A DNA stretch of 63,819 nt. It comes from Octopus bimaculoides (Eukaryota). The stretch spans positions 67,116,556-67,180,374 of the forward strand of contig NC_068988.1 of the NCBI RefSeq assembly GCF_001194135.2. The letters are read 5' to 3'. Positions 38,229-52,416 of the stretch are shown one piece after another. The translations under genes and the position numbers were made by a program. The number at the start of each line of letters is the position of its first letter. The stretch's first letter is position 1. The notes under the pieces were generated by a model, which worked only from the letters and a program-made list of their open reading frames with translations, was not told where the DNA came from and did not search any database.

Positions 38229-39249
38229 CGTAGACACGCAAACATACGCACATGCACACTCACACGCACACACATACACACACACACACGCACACATACA
38301 CACACGCACACGCACATATATAAGTATAGCCACCTACAGTCTATCAAATGCCATATTGCATAAATTCTTGATTTATTCAAAATACCTTCGTCTACATGAT
38401 GTATGGCAATTACAAAATGATATCTCAAAGCAGTTCCATATAAGAATGATAATTACTCTCAAAAATCAAGGATGCTTGAAAATGGCGAAAAACAATTTCA
38501 GTAACCTATCTCCGTAAATAAAGGACACATAGATATATGCAAAATTGTAGAACATATTTTCGGCCTGGATGATTTGTATAAATAAACGAAAATGAGCTAA
38601 GATAAACCTGACATTGGTGTGCGATATGTGTTAACAACAGAGTCTAAGAGAATATCAAATACAATGCAATACAAATTCTTGACTTATTCAAATTATATCT
38701 GCCTCTGAAAGAAGTGCCACCATCACCAAATACAAATACACCTGAACAATCCACAATTTCTCCAATGTTTTCACGTCATTAAGGAAAAGGTCTTTTAAAG
38801 GCAGACACAATTCTACTAAATGAAGAATTTATGTTGACTGATACTCGATATTTTTATATTTTCTATGTAGTTCATCTACTTGCTACGGGACAGTTTGAGT
38901 TATTTGTCTTAGCCCATTCTTCCGTAATTTATGCAAACGATCTCTTGTTGCATATATTTATGTCCCTGGGTTGTTCGAAATTGGATAAGACAACAGGCTT
39001 ACTGATAACGCCTATTGAAGCAGAACCATATGTCCACAGCTTGTCGCTTATTCCTAGACAAAAGACTGTCATTTTCATTAACCGCACGTCAAATTTGGAG
39101 GAATCCCGATTCTTGGGTTTATTTCCTCTACTTTTACGAGGCTGTTCTCATTTGCCATTTCTTAATTGCAACGTATAAATGGAAGAGGGGGATAAGATTA
39201 ATAAATGAAGAAATATGGTATTTGATATATCGCCACTTTTTGTTTAATG

Positions 39250-39282
<33 letters not shown>

Positions 39283-39459
39283 TACAAATATCGTAATATA
39301 TATACTTCTATATATAATATATAATGTATATATGATATATATGTACATATATAAGTATGCATTATATGTATATATATATATATATATGTATTTTTATTTA
39401 TTTATTTATGTGTTTCAGCCAAGTGGCTGCGGTCATGCTGGTGCACCACCGTGATTTTC

Positions 39460-39727
39460 ACGTTCCTTGCATGGCTCTTCTCCCCCACCTGACATGGTCC
39501 AATCAAGAGCTTTGATGGCACATCTGGTGTATAAGAGAATTTGACACAGCTGCCCTAAACTGCGTCTCATTACGAGCCATTGGTTCGTCTGGTATCGTGG
39601 AGAGGAAAGCGTCAAGTTTTGTCTTGAAGACATCCGCATCCATGTCTTGCATGTCTCTCAAATGTTTTGTTTTGGCAGGGCATTGAAGAGCTGAGGTCCT
39701 CTGAAACCGAGGCTGCTGCAGTATCTC
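39460..39727 (-). mobile_element. CR1/L2-group LINE 3' end
   Basis: Reads KHLRDMQDMDADVFKTKLDAFLSTIPDEP...RAAVSNSLIHQM, the typical F K..LD.FL C-terminus. It runs into a gap. Confidence 0.8.
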
Positions 39728-41456
39728 NNNNNNNNNNNNNNNNNNNNNNNNNNNNNNNNNNNNNNNNNNNNNNNNNNNNNNNNNNNNNNNNNNNNNNNNN
39801 NNNNNNNNNNNNNNNNNNNNNNNNNNNNNNNNNNNNNNNNNNNNNNNNNNNNNNNNNNNNNNNNNNNNNNNNNNNNNNNNNNNNNNNNNNNNNNNNNNNN
39901 NNNNNNNNNNNNNNNNNNNNNNNNNNNNNNNNNNNNNNNNNNNNNNNNNNNNNNNNNNNNNNNNNNNNNNNNNNNNNNNNNNNNNNNNNNNNNNNNNNNN
40001 NNNNNNNNNNNNNNNNNNNNNNNNNNNNNNNNNNNNNNNNNNNNNNNNNNNNNNNNNNNNNNNNNNNNNNNNNNNNNNNNNNNNNNNNNNNNNNNNNNNN
40101 NNNNNNNNNNNNNNNNNNNNNNNNNNNNNNNNNNNNNNNNNNNNNNNNNNNNNNNNNNNNNNNNNNNNNNNNNNNNNNNNNNNNNNNNNNNNNNNNNNNN
40201 NNNNNNNNNNNNNNNNNNNNNNNNNNNNNNNNNNNNNNNNNNNNNNNNNNNNNNNNNNNNNNNNNNNNNNNNNNNNNNNNNNNNNNNNNNNNNNNNNNNN
40301 NNNNNNNNNNNNNNNNNNNNNNNNNNNNNNNNNNNNNNNNNNNNNNNNNNNNNNNNNNNNNNNNNNNNNNNNNNNNNNNNNNNNNNNNNNNNNNNNNNNN
40401 NNNNNNNNNNNNNNNNNNNNNNNNNNNNNNNNNNNNNNNNNNNNNNNNNNNNNNNNNNNNNNNNNNNNNNNNNNNNNNNNNNNNNNNNNNNNNNNNNNNN
40501 NNNNNNNNNNNNNNNNNNNNNNNNNNNNNNNNNNNATATATATATATATATATATACCTATATATATATTCAAATTTACACATACGCATATTTGGGAATG
40601 GAAGAACAGAATGTTATTAATTGATTAAACTCTAAAAGCTGATTATAATAAACACACCTTTTTGTCCTGTTTGCTCAGTTGAACAATATGCAAAGTTTAT
40701 GATTGGCTGTTTGCCTATTCTTAACACTCCTACTGATGATGTCGTGACTAAGATATTATCACCTGTGTGTTGTTAGATTGATTGTAAGTGCAATCAACTT
40801 TTGTTACGTGGTCAGCTTGGTGGTCTGTAGATGTGGTGGGCGTTTCTCATGATGTAATAGACGAATAATCAATAAAAATGCCTTGCACAGATTGATCTGC
40901 TATTGTCATTATCTCACTTACTACACATTAATTTCTATACATACATGCCCACGTACATACATACATAATACATACATTCATACATACTTACATACATACA
41001 TACATTCATGCATACATATGTACACTCACTTGCACACACACACGCACGCACACGCACACACGCACACATACACACATATTTGTTTTATAAAGTGTGGTTG
41101 ATATCATTTATAATATTGTTTTTCCAACAACTGATTAAATTTCAAATAAGTTTGTTTATATATTAAAATATTGTAAGATATTAAAGAAAATAAAAAAATC
41201 ATTTACATCTATATTTATATATAGGATGATATACGGTCCAAATAATTTGTTTTTTATTTTCTCTGTATACATGGAACAGGTCGTTTAGTGAGGTTTAGTG
41301 CAAGGACTTGTCTCCGTGAGATCTCATAAAGCACTATTTATTGATTGTTGATTTTGAAGTAGTTAGGTGTTTATTCAGCTTGATATGGCGTGATAATGGA
41401 TGGTCGAAGTAAATCCGTCGGTCCATCTCTCCGTCTGACTGTCTGTCTGTCTTTCT

Positions 41457-41491
<35 letters not shown>

Positions 41492-42400
41492 TAGCTGTCT
41501 ATCTATTATTTTCTGTATAGCTACGGACAAAGTTTCTGTTGGGCAGATAACAATAATTCCAAATTCCGCCATTTATGACATAAACTACAAGAGAGATGTT
41601 TTTTGAGAAATGATAAATACTTATAAGATAGACTTCTCATGAAAGATGTTACGTTACTGTCATCGACCATTTCTATGCAAACTCCTTATTACATAGCGCA
41701 ACTTCAGGACAAAAGGATAAAAATGTACCACTATCAACGTCAATATAAATTCTTTAGAAAGTCCACGGAAGGTCTCTTTTGGTTTGTCTCGTATTTTTGA
41801 GTTCTTCGCTAATATGAAATAAATATTGATCTGAACGCGATTTTCTTACTGCCCTATTTTCTGTTGCATTTATATTCTGGAGGTTGTTTGTTTAATATTT
41901 CAAAACTGTCGAAACCAAATTCCACAGAGATTCACTGTTTCTTCTTTGAACAGTACAAAGTATTCATACAAAAACACAAACACACATGCATAAAAGTAAA
42001 TACAGATGTATAGACATTCATAAAAGTAAACAGTATATATGTATGCATATATATATATATATATTTATATATATTTATATATATATATATGTATAAAGTT
42101 TGATTCGGCCCCATGTGAATTAAAGTTTTGTAGGCTTCTTAAGCAAACCTAGTTCATGCAGCTCATTTAACCGAATGGAGCGATGCAGGAAGTCTATTAT
42201 GCTTACTGGAAAATGGGTTGCCATTAGATAAAGCGTGTCGTCTCATCCTTTCCTTAGAAGCGAGATCGACATTCCAGAGATATAAGATGCATGGAAAAGA
42301 GTTTCTTGGACCGCGAGGCTAGAGAGAAAGATGTTGGCGCCTTGCTGTTTGTATTATCTTTGAAGGAAATTGCGAGCGTGTGTGTGCTTGTGTGTGTTTG

Positions 42401-42402
<2 letters not shown>

Positions 42403-42485
<83 letters not shown>
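42403..42485. repeat. (TG)n microsatellite
   Basis: About 41 uninterrupted TG units. Confidence 0.97.
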
Positions 42486-42488
<3 letters not shown>

Positions 42489-42619
42489 AGATGTATGAGT
42501 GTGTATATGCGGGTGTCTGAGGCCTATGCGTGTATATATGCTATTTATATGAGTGTAATCCAGCGTGTGGGTGAGAACTGATGTCGACAGCTCGTTCCAG
42601 TGTTTCTACGTTTCTAGAC

Positions 42620-43430
42620 TGTGTGTAAGTATGCGTGCGGTTGCGTAACTGTTGCAAACAGGCTGAATTCTTTTAATATCTTTGTCAGGGCATTTCTAAA
42701 CTTGTGCATGGCATAGCAGTTTATATGATTTGAGATTGCAACGCCGTCGTCTCTGTAAAGGGCGGTACTTGGTGTGTGTGAGTGTTTCACGTGGGTATCC
42801 AAAATGAATACACCGATGAGGTTGGCGAACCCAGCCTCGTCGTAGCTACACATAGAAATAATGAACAGTGGATGAATCTGTATGAATCTGCACACTGATT
42901 TGTTGTCGATAGAACGTTACTAGTCGATCACATCTGCGCTGAAATCTCATTGAATAAAACCTTGTGATCTTCATATTATTCGAGTTGCTGTGTTCACGAA
43001 TGCGCTTATGACAATGTTTATCTCACTTTTAGAAGTGCTAATCATTATCCATTTGGGTTTGGGGAGGAAATTAGATTTGCGATACGTAAGTGTGATATGG
43101 GGCGAAGGGTCGCGTCGCCAGGCTGTCCGCACTATTAATGAGGATGGCTTGCTCGTTGTCTTTTGCATTTGTGCTGTTTTATGTGAAGATGCTAATTTGC
43201 TTGTACGTCTTGATTATCATGTTTGTGAGAAGTATTGCGTATTTGGAAATGCTTGTTTCATAAATGTTCATTGTTTTGTCGTTGTGGATAGAAACATTAG
43301 GCGATTGCACAATTTTTGCCATGTAGTCATTTAAAGATTTTAGGAAGGGGATACAATGATGCATTAACCTTATTGAAGATGCAACATACAAATTCAAATC
43401 AGGACAAACTTTTACCGTAAAAGTCACTTT
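42620..43430 (-). mobile_element. Penelope-like retroelement RT remnant
   Basis: MCSYDEAGFANLIGVFILD...ALYRDDGVAI matches the PLE MGSYDGAE.CELVGL.IL...GLYRDDGLA motif. Upstream, NIYETSISKYAILL resembles DI..FYPSI...LL. Confidence 0.7.
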
Positions 43431-44029
43431 ACATGTTCTTCAAGGAATTTCACATGCGCTAACAAATGTCAAGGATGTAATAAAGATTACATAGGTCAAA
43501 CAAAACTTACCTGAAGAAATAGACTGACCATTTATCGACAACAGATACGAGACCCAAGGACTAGACAAAATCCGCTGAGTGAAAACATAGACATATGTTC
43601 AAAAAATAAGTCCCCCAAATTCCATGTCTTCCCACAAATCAGCGTAAACTGTGAACCCGGTTAAAACTTTAAATATATAAATAAAAAATAGCTTAACTAT
43701 TCTCAGTACATTTTCAACTTCTCTTTTTCCTATATTTCTACCCGCGTGGAATAAAATTATTTAATTTTCTATAACTGACTCAAAATAAAGAACATATTCT
43801 AGGGTCGATTTGTTCAAATAAAATCCTTCAATACGGTGCCCTAGGATGGCCACAGTCTAATGACTGAAACAAGTCAAAGGTGAAGCAAAGACGCCCAAAT
43901 ACATATTAACATGCACGTAGTTGTATGAGTATCCCAAACGATTGCGTCATTCTCAAATCCTTCGCAACATCATTTTACTCACACCCGAATATCCACACAG
44001 ATATCGACACAATAAAACACCGCCAAAAA

Positions 44030-44165
44030 CAACAAATAATGAATGGTATTCCACAGGACACTCTCCTGGAGCCACTGCTATTTATAATGACCCTCCCCGA
44101 AATGCTCTCAGCTGCTCAGGTACCTACCTTGCTAACTATGTAGACGATACAAAAGTCAGAGGATA
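44030..44165 (+). mobile_element. CR1/L2-group RT core fragment
   Basis: Reads NGIPQDTLLEPLLFIM (GVPQG..LGPLLF), then YVDDTKV after a frameshift. Confidence 0.75.
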
Positions 44166-45104
44166 CAAAACTCTGGGATATCTACGCTTCTGCACCGGTT
44201 TATAAATTCAACAACAAAAGTTGTCATCTTTGTGCATCTGAGGCTTTTTTTTATTACATCCAGGAATACCCTACTTAACCTAAGAAATGAGAAAACTATT
44301 TCATGTGTTCATGTGGATTTTCATCGATGACTTCATGAACCCTGGTTCTTTTCTCTAAAACTATATATTTATATTTTACACTGTGAAACTTAATTTAATT
44401 TTAATTTTTAATAAATTGAATTTAATTGAGTTTTACCTGTAAATTTGTATTTTTATCCCTAATATTATNNNNNNNNNNNNNNNNNNNNNNNNNNNNNNNN
44501 NTATATATATATATATATATATATTAGAATTCACCTAGAGGTTGTTATCCTCATGAAGAAATGCTGTCATCCAAGAAAATCCTGCTTGAATACCTAATAT
44601 CTTGGTGGAAATTCATAACCTTAAAATAATAGGCTTGTGAATAAACCATATTCATGTAGAAGAATTTACTTGAATTCTAAAATCATATTTCTCAGCATAA
44701 TCTCCTCAGAGGAAAAAAATATATACCTCTAGATATTTTGTGTGCTTGTTTGTAGACTCATCGCCACGGACTGCTTATGATTTATATTTGTTTGTGTCTG
44801 GGCGAGAGGGTTAGAGCTTGGTTGTGGTTAAGATAGTGGATGTAAATAGAATTAGAGTAATAAAGAATGAATAAGTAAAGATTATAGGTTGTTACAATGT
44901 AAATAAACTACAATATGAATTAGGTGAAGAAGTAAATTGCATTTGCAAGTTGTGTATAAAGTTGAGAATGTTTATCAACGTAAAATTATGCGCATACAGG
45001 CCTACACACTTTCATACAATTATATATATACACACACGGGGACATTTACATTTATTATGCATTTACACGTGCACACATATATCATCATATACATACACAC
45101 ACAG

Positions 45105-45146
<42 letters not shown>

Positions 45147-46009
45147 NNNNNNNNNNNNNNNNNNNNNNNNNNNNNNNNNNNNNNNNNNNNNNNNNNNNNN
45201 NNNNNNNNNNNNNNNNNNNNNNNNNNNNNNNNNNNNNNNNNNNNNNNNNNNNNNNNNNNNNNNNNNNNNNNNNNNNNNNNNNNNNNNNNNNNNNNNNNNN
45301 NNNNNNNNNNNNNNNNNNNNNNNNNNNNNNNNNNNNNNNNNNNNNNNNNNNNNNNNNNNNNNNNNNNNNNNNNNNNNNNNNNNNNNNNNNNNNNNNNNNN
45401 NNNNNNNNNNNNNNNNNNNNNNNNNNNNNNNNNNNNNNNNNNNNNNNNNNNNNNNNNNNNNNNNNNNNNNNNNNNNNNNNNNNNNNNNNNNNNNNNNNNN
45501 NNNNNNNNNNNNNNNNNNNNNNNNNNNNNNNNNNNNNNNNNNNNNNNNNNNNNNNNNNNNNNNNNNNNNNNNNNNNNNNNNNNNNNNNNNNNNNNNNNNN
45601 NNNNNNNNNNNNNNNNNNNNNNNNNNNNNNNNNNNNNNNNNNNNNNNNNNNNNNNNNNNNNNNNNNNNNNNNNNNNNNNNNNNNNNNNNNNNNNNNNNNN
45701 NNNNNNNNNNNNNNNNNNNNNNNNNNNNNNNNNNNNNNNNNNNNNNNNNNNNNNNNNNNNNNNNNNNNNNNNNNNNNNNNNNNNNNNNNNNNNNNNNNNN
45801 NNNNNNNNNNNNNNNNNNNNNNNNNNNNNNNNNNNNNNNNNNNNNNNNNNNNNNNNNNNNNNNNNNNNNNNNNNNNNNNNNNNNNNNNNNNNNNNNNNNN
45901 NNNNNNNNNNNNNNNNNNNNNNNNNNNNNNNNNNNNNNNNNNNNNNNNNNNNNNNNNNNNNNNNNNNNNNNNNNNNNNNNNNNNNNNNNNNNNNNNNNNN
46001 NNNNNNNNN

Positions 46010-46063
<54 letters not shown>

Positions 46064-48031
46064 CGTATACATATACATATAAACATATATACATACGAAT
46101 ACACACATACATACACACACGCGTAAATATGTTTACACATTTTATCGTTCATCACTCTTAAGAAGAAAGTGATATGAATCCCTTTTTGATTAGTTCAATT
46201 CGATTAGTTAGCGGAATTTTAAATATTCATTGAAACCCTTTACCGTTTCTATGGAAGTTAAGTAAGCATAACGTTTCATTGAAATTATTATGCCTGTATA
46301 ATAACTGACTATGTTTCATTTGCGCTTTTAAGTTTGAATGATATGAAACGTGAGAGAATTGTGTAACTTCACCGTCTCGTTTTCACTGGAGACTCCGTGA
46401 TCTCCGAGACGAAATGTCCAGTATCAAGTGGACTATTGGTGACAGAATGCCACCATATTCACCCGACGTCCTCAACTGCCAGCTCTGTTTCCTCAAAAAC
46501 TGCATATCTCCCGACAACCTACTGTATCTATCAACGATACATACGATTTTATTGTATTGCTGTCACCAGAGATATCCCCTTCTGGCAAATTTCAGGCCTC
46601 TCACTGCCAAGAACCCGGATATACTACCATATCTCCAGCTGCTACTTTGCTCCGCCTGCACCAAGGTCACCAGTACCAACCAACCCTATGAGCAGGACTG
46701 CCATTTACCAATCTCCAGCGCTTACCAACCCCCGACGCATACCAACCTCCAACACTTACCAATCCGTGCTTGTTTTGCGTTTGCATATTTGCGCACGCGC
46801 TGTGTGGGAATGGACATGTGCACGTGCGTGCGTGTGTGCGCGCACACTAGTATGCATGTGTACATGCATACGAATATACATATGTACATATGAATACGCA
46901 TGTTCGTGTGTATGGGTATATGTGTGTGCACGTGTCCGTATGCGTGGGTATATATGCGTGTGTGTCCGTCCAAGCGCGTGCGTGTGTCTGTGTGTATGTG
47001 TATGTGTAGACGTGCGCATGCGCACCATGTACAAATGCGCACCCTCGTATCAATATAAACATCTGCGTAAAACTATATGAGCGCGTCTGCATATACACTC
47101 ACATATATACTTGTACATGCCGCCCCTTCCAACCGTTAAAGTCCAAATAATCACTACTTCAGTGACAATTAGATGACGTTTGGCAATCGTGGCCTTGTTT
47201 ATATTTGGAATTATAACAATATTGTATCATTTGACTGCTTTTCTCTTTGTTTATCAGATATTATATGTACTTTAAAAGGGACGTGATATTTTACATGATT
47301 GTGGATGTGAACGAATGTGTACGCTGTGCATATCAAATAACATTATTTTAGGTTAACTCTATGTAGGTTTTGCCATTTTATCTGCTGATTCTACTTTTCG
47401 ACTGCATTTTGTTTATTTCTCTAAGCATTATATATCGTATCTGGACAATCCCATTCCCATTGGGGATTTTTAAGAGTGTGTATAGATACGAGTGTTATTT
47501 TTAGACTCACATTGTGGTTAGAGATTTATAATTATGTGCCTCACTATTTTTCGCCCTAGAAGACTTTCTGCTACATATTATGTGATATCTAAGTATCTCT
47601 GTATACGATATACGAGCATACATATTCAGGGCTCTGCCATTGCGCCTAGGATAAGAAAATACAGTAGAAATAATATTAGCAGACTTATATGTAACGTAAC
47701 ATCGAACAGAGAAATATCAGTGCTGCTGCTCCTTTCTACGATAGCGTTTTAACTAGAAGTGGTTTAATATCTCAGGCTTTTTTCAGTCAAGGCCTTTAGG
47801 AATATTAATTTGCGTCCTTCTATGTTTTCGTTTATATATATATATCGACTCTCTCATAACACTCACTCACACACACACCCACACACACACGATTGCACAA
47901 GCACAAACACAAACACACACATACACACCCTACACACATATATACTTTCAGATTCTACACACATGCACACAGGCAGTTACTCACATGTAAATATATATAT
48001 GGGTGCGGGTGCGTGTGTATGTGTACATATA

Positions 48032-48922
48032 CAGGGTGATTGAAAAGTAACTTCGTATATTAGAATACTTATAATTCATTTATTATCTATAATTTTCTTC
48101 TCAAATTTGTTGTGTATGTTCTTTAATTGATTCTATGTTGTTTTATTTTTTTTCAGATCGATTATTTTGTTTGAAATTTAGACGCCCCATTAAACATGGT
48201 CTGATCTCATTAAAAATATTCTTTGAAGTGTTGAAGCGGTATTCTACATCGGTTTGTGAACCGTCACAACTGCCACTACTAGGCAGGAGAACATCCTCGT
48301 ATTACCTCTGAAAAAATGCAGAATCGGCCCAAGGTAATGGTATGGTGTGGAACGACTTCGGACAGGATTCTGAGGCCTTTCATCCTTTGCAATACGATGA
48401 ATGCTGGAAAGGTACCTCACCATGCTGCATATTGAAGTCTGGCCAGTTATCAGTACTTGGAAAAATATTGAAGATCTGATTTTTATGCAAAATGGCGCTC
48501 CTCCAGAGTTTGCTATTGTTGTTCGTAAATGGCTGAATGCCCGATTGCCTGGGAGATGAATGGGTCGTCGAGGTCCGCATAATTAGGCGGTCAGAAGCCC
48601 TGATTTAATACCCTGCGACTTTTTTTTTATTTGGGGTTGGTTAAAGGAGCAAGTCTACACTGCGAAACCAACGCCTTTGGAAGAACTTGAAGGGCAAATA
48701 CAAGAAATAACGCCTTCCATCCCACAAGAGTTCTTGATAAAATCAGGTGATGCTGTTCCTGGTTGACTTGAGAAGCTGATGGCAAATGCTGGTGCCTATA
48801 TCGAATTTTTAATAAAAATCCATGCTATATGGTTTCTTCAAATATACATGTTTTCTAAAAATTATAGTCAATAAATAAATTACAAGTATTTTAAAACAAG
48901 GAATTTCTTTTCAAACACACTG
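48032..48922 (+). mobile_element. Internally deleted IS630-Tc1-mariner element with both TIRs and TA target duplication
   Basis: TA-cagggtgattgaaaag...cttttcaaacacactg-TA, with 14/16 TIR identity. Broken frames read VNRHNCHY*, KVMVWCG, FMQNGAPP, WLNARLPGR*MGR, RSPDLIPCDFF.WGWLKEQVY. Confidence 0.92.
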
Positions 48923-49049
48923 TATATATCTATTTCTATATTAACTCACATGTTTATACATATATATATGTAAACATATGTATATGTATGTATAGGAATA
49001 TATGTAAATCTACATATATGTAAATCTACATATATGTATATGCATGTAT

Positions 49050-49080
<31 letters not shown>

Positions 49081-49098
49081 TACACACACACACATACA

Positions 49099-49143
<45 letters not shown>

Positions 49144-49659
49144 NNNNNNNNNNNNNNNNNNNNNNNNNNNNNNNNNNNNNNNNNNNNNNNNNNNNNNNNN
49201 NNNNNNNNNNNNNNNNNNNNNNNNNNNNNNNNNNNNNNNNNNNNNNNNNNNNNNNNNNNNNNNNNNNNNNNNNNNNNNNNNNNNNNNNNNNNNNNNNNNN
49301 NNNNNNNNNNNNNNNNNNNNNNNNNNNNNNNNNNNNNNNNNNNNNNNNNNNNNNNNNNNNNNNNNTATATGCACACACACAATTTCTTCTTTAGGTTTAA
49401 AAGTTGTATTTAAGCAATTGAATATATTCGTATTTTTATTTATTGTAAATGTTAAGTTAAATTCTTTATGATAATTAGACTCATTTTAAGCTTATCGATG
49501 ACGTTTCAGTTCATATCATGGAGAAGAAAAGAATCGGTTATACAAATTCATAATCTCTACTCTGTCTTAGCTCTCAATTGGTACATTAAAAAGTTTGCAT
49601 ACTTGCACATATGTGTACTTATACGTACATATGCATATACATCATCTTGTTTGTTTGTA

Positions 49660-50080
49660 CTCCGTCGTTTACGACGTCGAGGGTTCCAGGTGATCCGATC
49701 AACACAACAGCCTGCTCGTGAAATTAACGTGCAAGTGGCTGAGCAATCCACAGACACGTGTACCCTTAACGTAGTTCCCGGGGATATTCAGCGTGTCACA
49801 GTGTGACAAGGCTGACCCTTTGAATTACAGGCACAACAGAAACAGAAAGTAAGAGTGAGAGAAATCTTTGGTGACAGAGTACAGCAGGGTTCGCCACCAT
49901 CCCCTGCCGGAGCTTCGTGGAGCTTTAGGTGTTTTCGCTCAATAAACACTCACAATGCCAGGTCTNNNNNNNNNNGGTGTTTTCGCTCAATAAACACTCA
50001 CAATGCCAGGTCTGGGAATCGAAACCGTGATCCTATGACCACGAGTCCACTGCCCTAACCACTGGCCCATTGCGTCTCCA
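49660..50080 (-). mobile_element. Near full-length tRNA-derived SINE (second family)
   Basis: The minus-strand head tggagacgcaatgggccagtggttagggcagtggactcgtggtcataggatcacggtttcgattccc has clear A-box and B-box motifs. Confidence 0.9.
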
Positions 50081-50603
50081 CATATACATCATCATATAGA
50101 ATGTAAATACTAGCATACATTTCAAAATCCGTGAATAAAATTTCAATAAAAAGTAACATAAGAATAATATTAAAGGAAAATAATTAATTCCATTAAGTAT
50201 TATCATACTACTAAAGGAAATCTCATTGAATTGATAGAGATTATTGTACTCGACAGTTTTTTCATGAAGAGCCGCTTACCTTTAGGAAATTCTACGAAAT
50301 ATCGTGTTAACCAGTTCAATTTCTATTTCTAAAGTAAGAGGTAAACGAAATAGATTCTTCTCATAATTATCAATAAAATTCTTTTGAATATATAATTAAA
50401 ACAACGGTTAATTGCATAGAGAATATATGTTTGTACTCATACTCTAACTCACGGACGCACACATATACACATGCGCGCGCGAACGCGAAAATATACAGCA
50501 CCTTCCACTGTTCCTCTTTCTTTTTCACTCTGTCTTCCACTCATAAGTACATATATATATATGTGTGTGTGTGTGTGTTTGTATGTTTGTGTGCGCGTGA
50601 GTG

Positions 50604-52284
50604 TTGTACGTATTATTGTGCGTGCGCACGTGCGTGTGTGTATGAGTGTGTATGCGTGCGTGTGTGCTGTGTACGTATTTTTATGTATGCATACATGTAC
50701 GTGCGTATATTTGTTGCTAACACACACTATTCATAATTAAGTGGACACAGGCATTCAATCATACATAATCGTTTTCGCCGTATTCACTAAGATTTCGAAA
50801 GATTTTCGACGAAGTGCGAAGAGAGTGTTTATGGCTCTATTTGAAAACATCTGTTTCCGGGTACATTTCACAGTATTTCTTCAGGCATCTTTCTTGGAAG
50901 TGAAAAAATAGCTTCTTTTCTGATTTTCTTTGAATTAAAGCTGAGGGGAGTACGACGCCAAGTGTATTTGCATCGTTTTGCAAAGTTTAACCCACTCAAA
51001 ATTGATGGGAGGGAGTTGGGATGGCGAAAGTTTCTAGGCTAATGACCGTTGTATATACAGCGATATGTGTATCCGTGATATTTTCCTTATTAATAATCTG
51101 GTTCTAGTACCCATTCCCTGTTAGATATCTAGGAAGCGTGCATTGCCCTTACAGATTCTAAACCTCCAGGATATGAACCTCTAATATTCCCGATCGTGAA
51201 TCAACCTATAAGTACAATGAAGAACTTTAAATATTTTGCCGATATGATTTCTGACGACGACAGCCTATCTCAAGAGGTAAAGCTCTTCCCAGAGTCAATT
51301 GCGGTCGCATTCAGAAGTTCATCGGCAATAAAGTGGCATAACATTTTTTAACAAAATGGAAAATGTATTATTCTTTGTTTTAGTCTGCTGAGGTCTACAC
51401 ACTCTATCGTCAACACTTGAAAATGCTGATGAACTGCACGTTGCTTCATATAACGTTGATAAAAATCATTTCTTAGCGGGGTCACATCTCCAGCTTGGTG
51501 GTCTTACAACTTATAAATATGATGTGTTTATGTTGGAATCGCTGTTGCAATAGGTGGCACATGTGATCCATATAAAGTAAACTGCGACTCTCAGGCTATG
51601 TCCCACAATAAACTGAACTGCTCAAGCCATCGAAGTTGGCGACCGAAATACTATTCATCATGAAATGACATGTCAATGAAATGTCTAGCTTGATTATGAC
51701 TACATGGGGAAACACAGTAACTGATGGCAACGAATGTTAGTATGTCAAAAAGAAAGGAATAGAAGTTGCAGAGGTTAACTGGAGGAAAGTAGGACAAAGA
51801 TATAAAGCTAGAGAGAAAAACACACTTTACAAAATCAACCAACAATATTCTGCAATGTCTATGGGAGTTGTTTGTGAGAGACTTTGATTCAGTAACACAA
51901 AACAGAGAGCGGCATCGTTCAGAGGTCGAGCGTCCATCATTGATAATACCAAGGAAGGTCGAAAGGACCTGACTTGGTGATCCCGGCTCTGAAGTTGACG
52001 AATTTATCTCCCCACTGGCGATCTAAACAAGTGTGCATTTTGCAGCAAAACTCAATATAAGAATTTCTGTCATGGGAACTACCGCGGTTTAGTTTAAGTG
52101 GGAATAAGTATCATGTCTCAGTATTGTACGTATTATTGTGCGTGCGCACGTGCGTGCGCACGTGCGTGTGTGTATGAGTGTGTATGCGTGCGTGTGTGCT
52201 GTGTACGTATTTTTATGTATGCATACATGTACGTGTGTATATTTGTTGCTAACACACACTATTCATAATTAAGTGGACACAGGC
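50604..52284. repeat. ~150-bp direct repeats (50604-50752 and 52124-52284) bracketing 1.37 kb
   Basis: The copies differ by one substitution and a 12-bp internal duplication. Confidence 0.9.
51200..52010 (+). mobile_element. Heavily decayed RTE-like remnant
   Basis: KNFKYFADMISDDDSLSQEV resembles the RTE FKYLGS.IS.DG.L..EV motif. The rest is weak. Confidence 0.4.
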
Positions 52285-52416
52285 TCAATCGCTAATGGAT
52301 CTTTTAAACTTTCCACTAACTTCATCGAATATAAAAATAACATATTTGTCAGATTAACGATAGACGTTTTACCCGTATGAATATTCAATTACAATCTAGA
52401 CATGATGTTAATATTG

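Noticed and set aside
38831-39296. Two overlapping plus-strand ORFs, one containing FYEAVLI, which resembles the NPR AFHDAVLL motif
   Set aside because: They are on the wrong strand for the receptor gene and have no splice signals or further similarity.
43511-43574. Minus-strand 64-nt phase 0-1 exon candidate with a strong donor
   Set aside because: The phase would fit upstream of the GITG exon, but the peptide (RILSSPWVSYLLSINGQSISS) lacks the expected MWNRTF-like motif and abuts a Penelope-like remnant.
49928-50013. 38-bp direct repeat inside a SINE
   Set aside because: The two identical copies sit either side of a 10-N gap, the usual signature of overlapping contig ends left unmerged.
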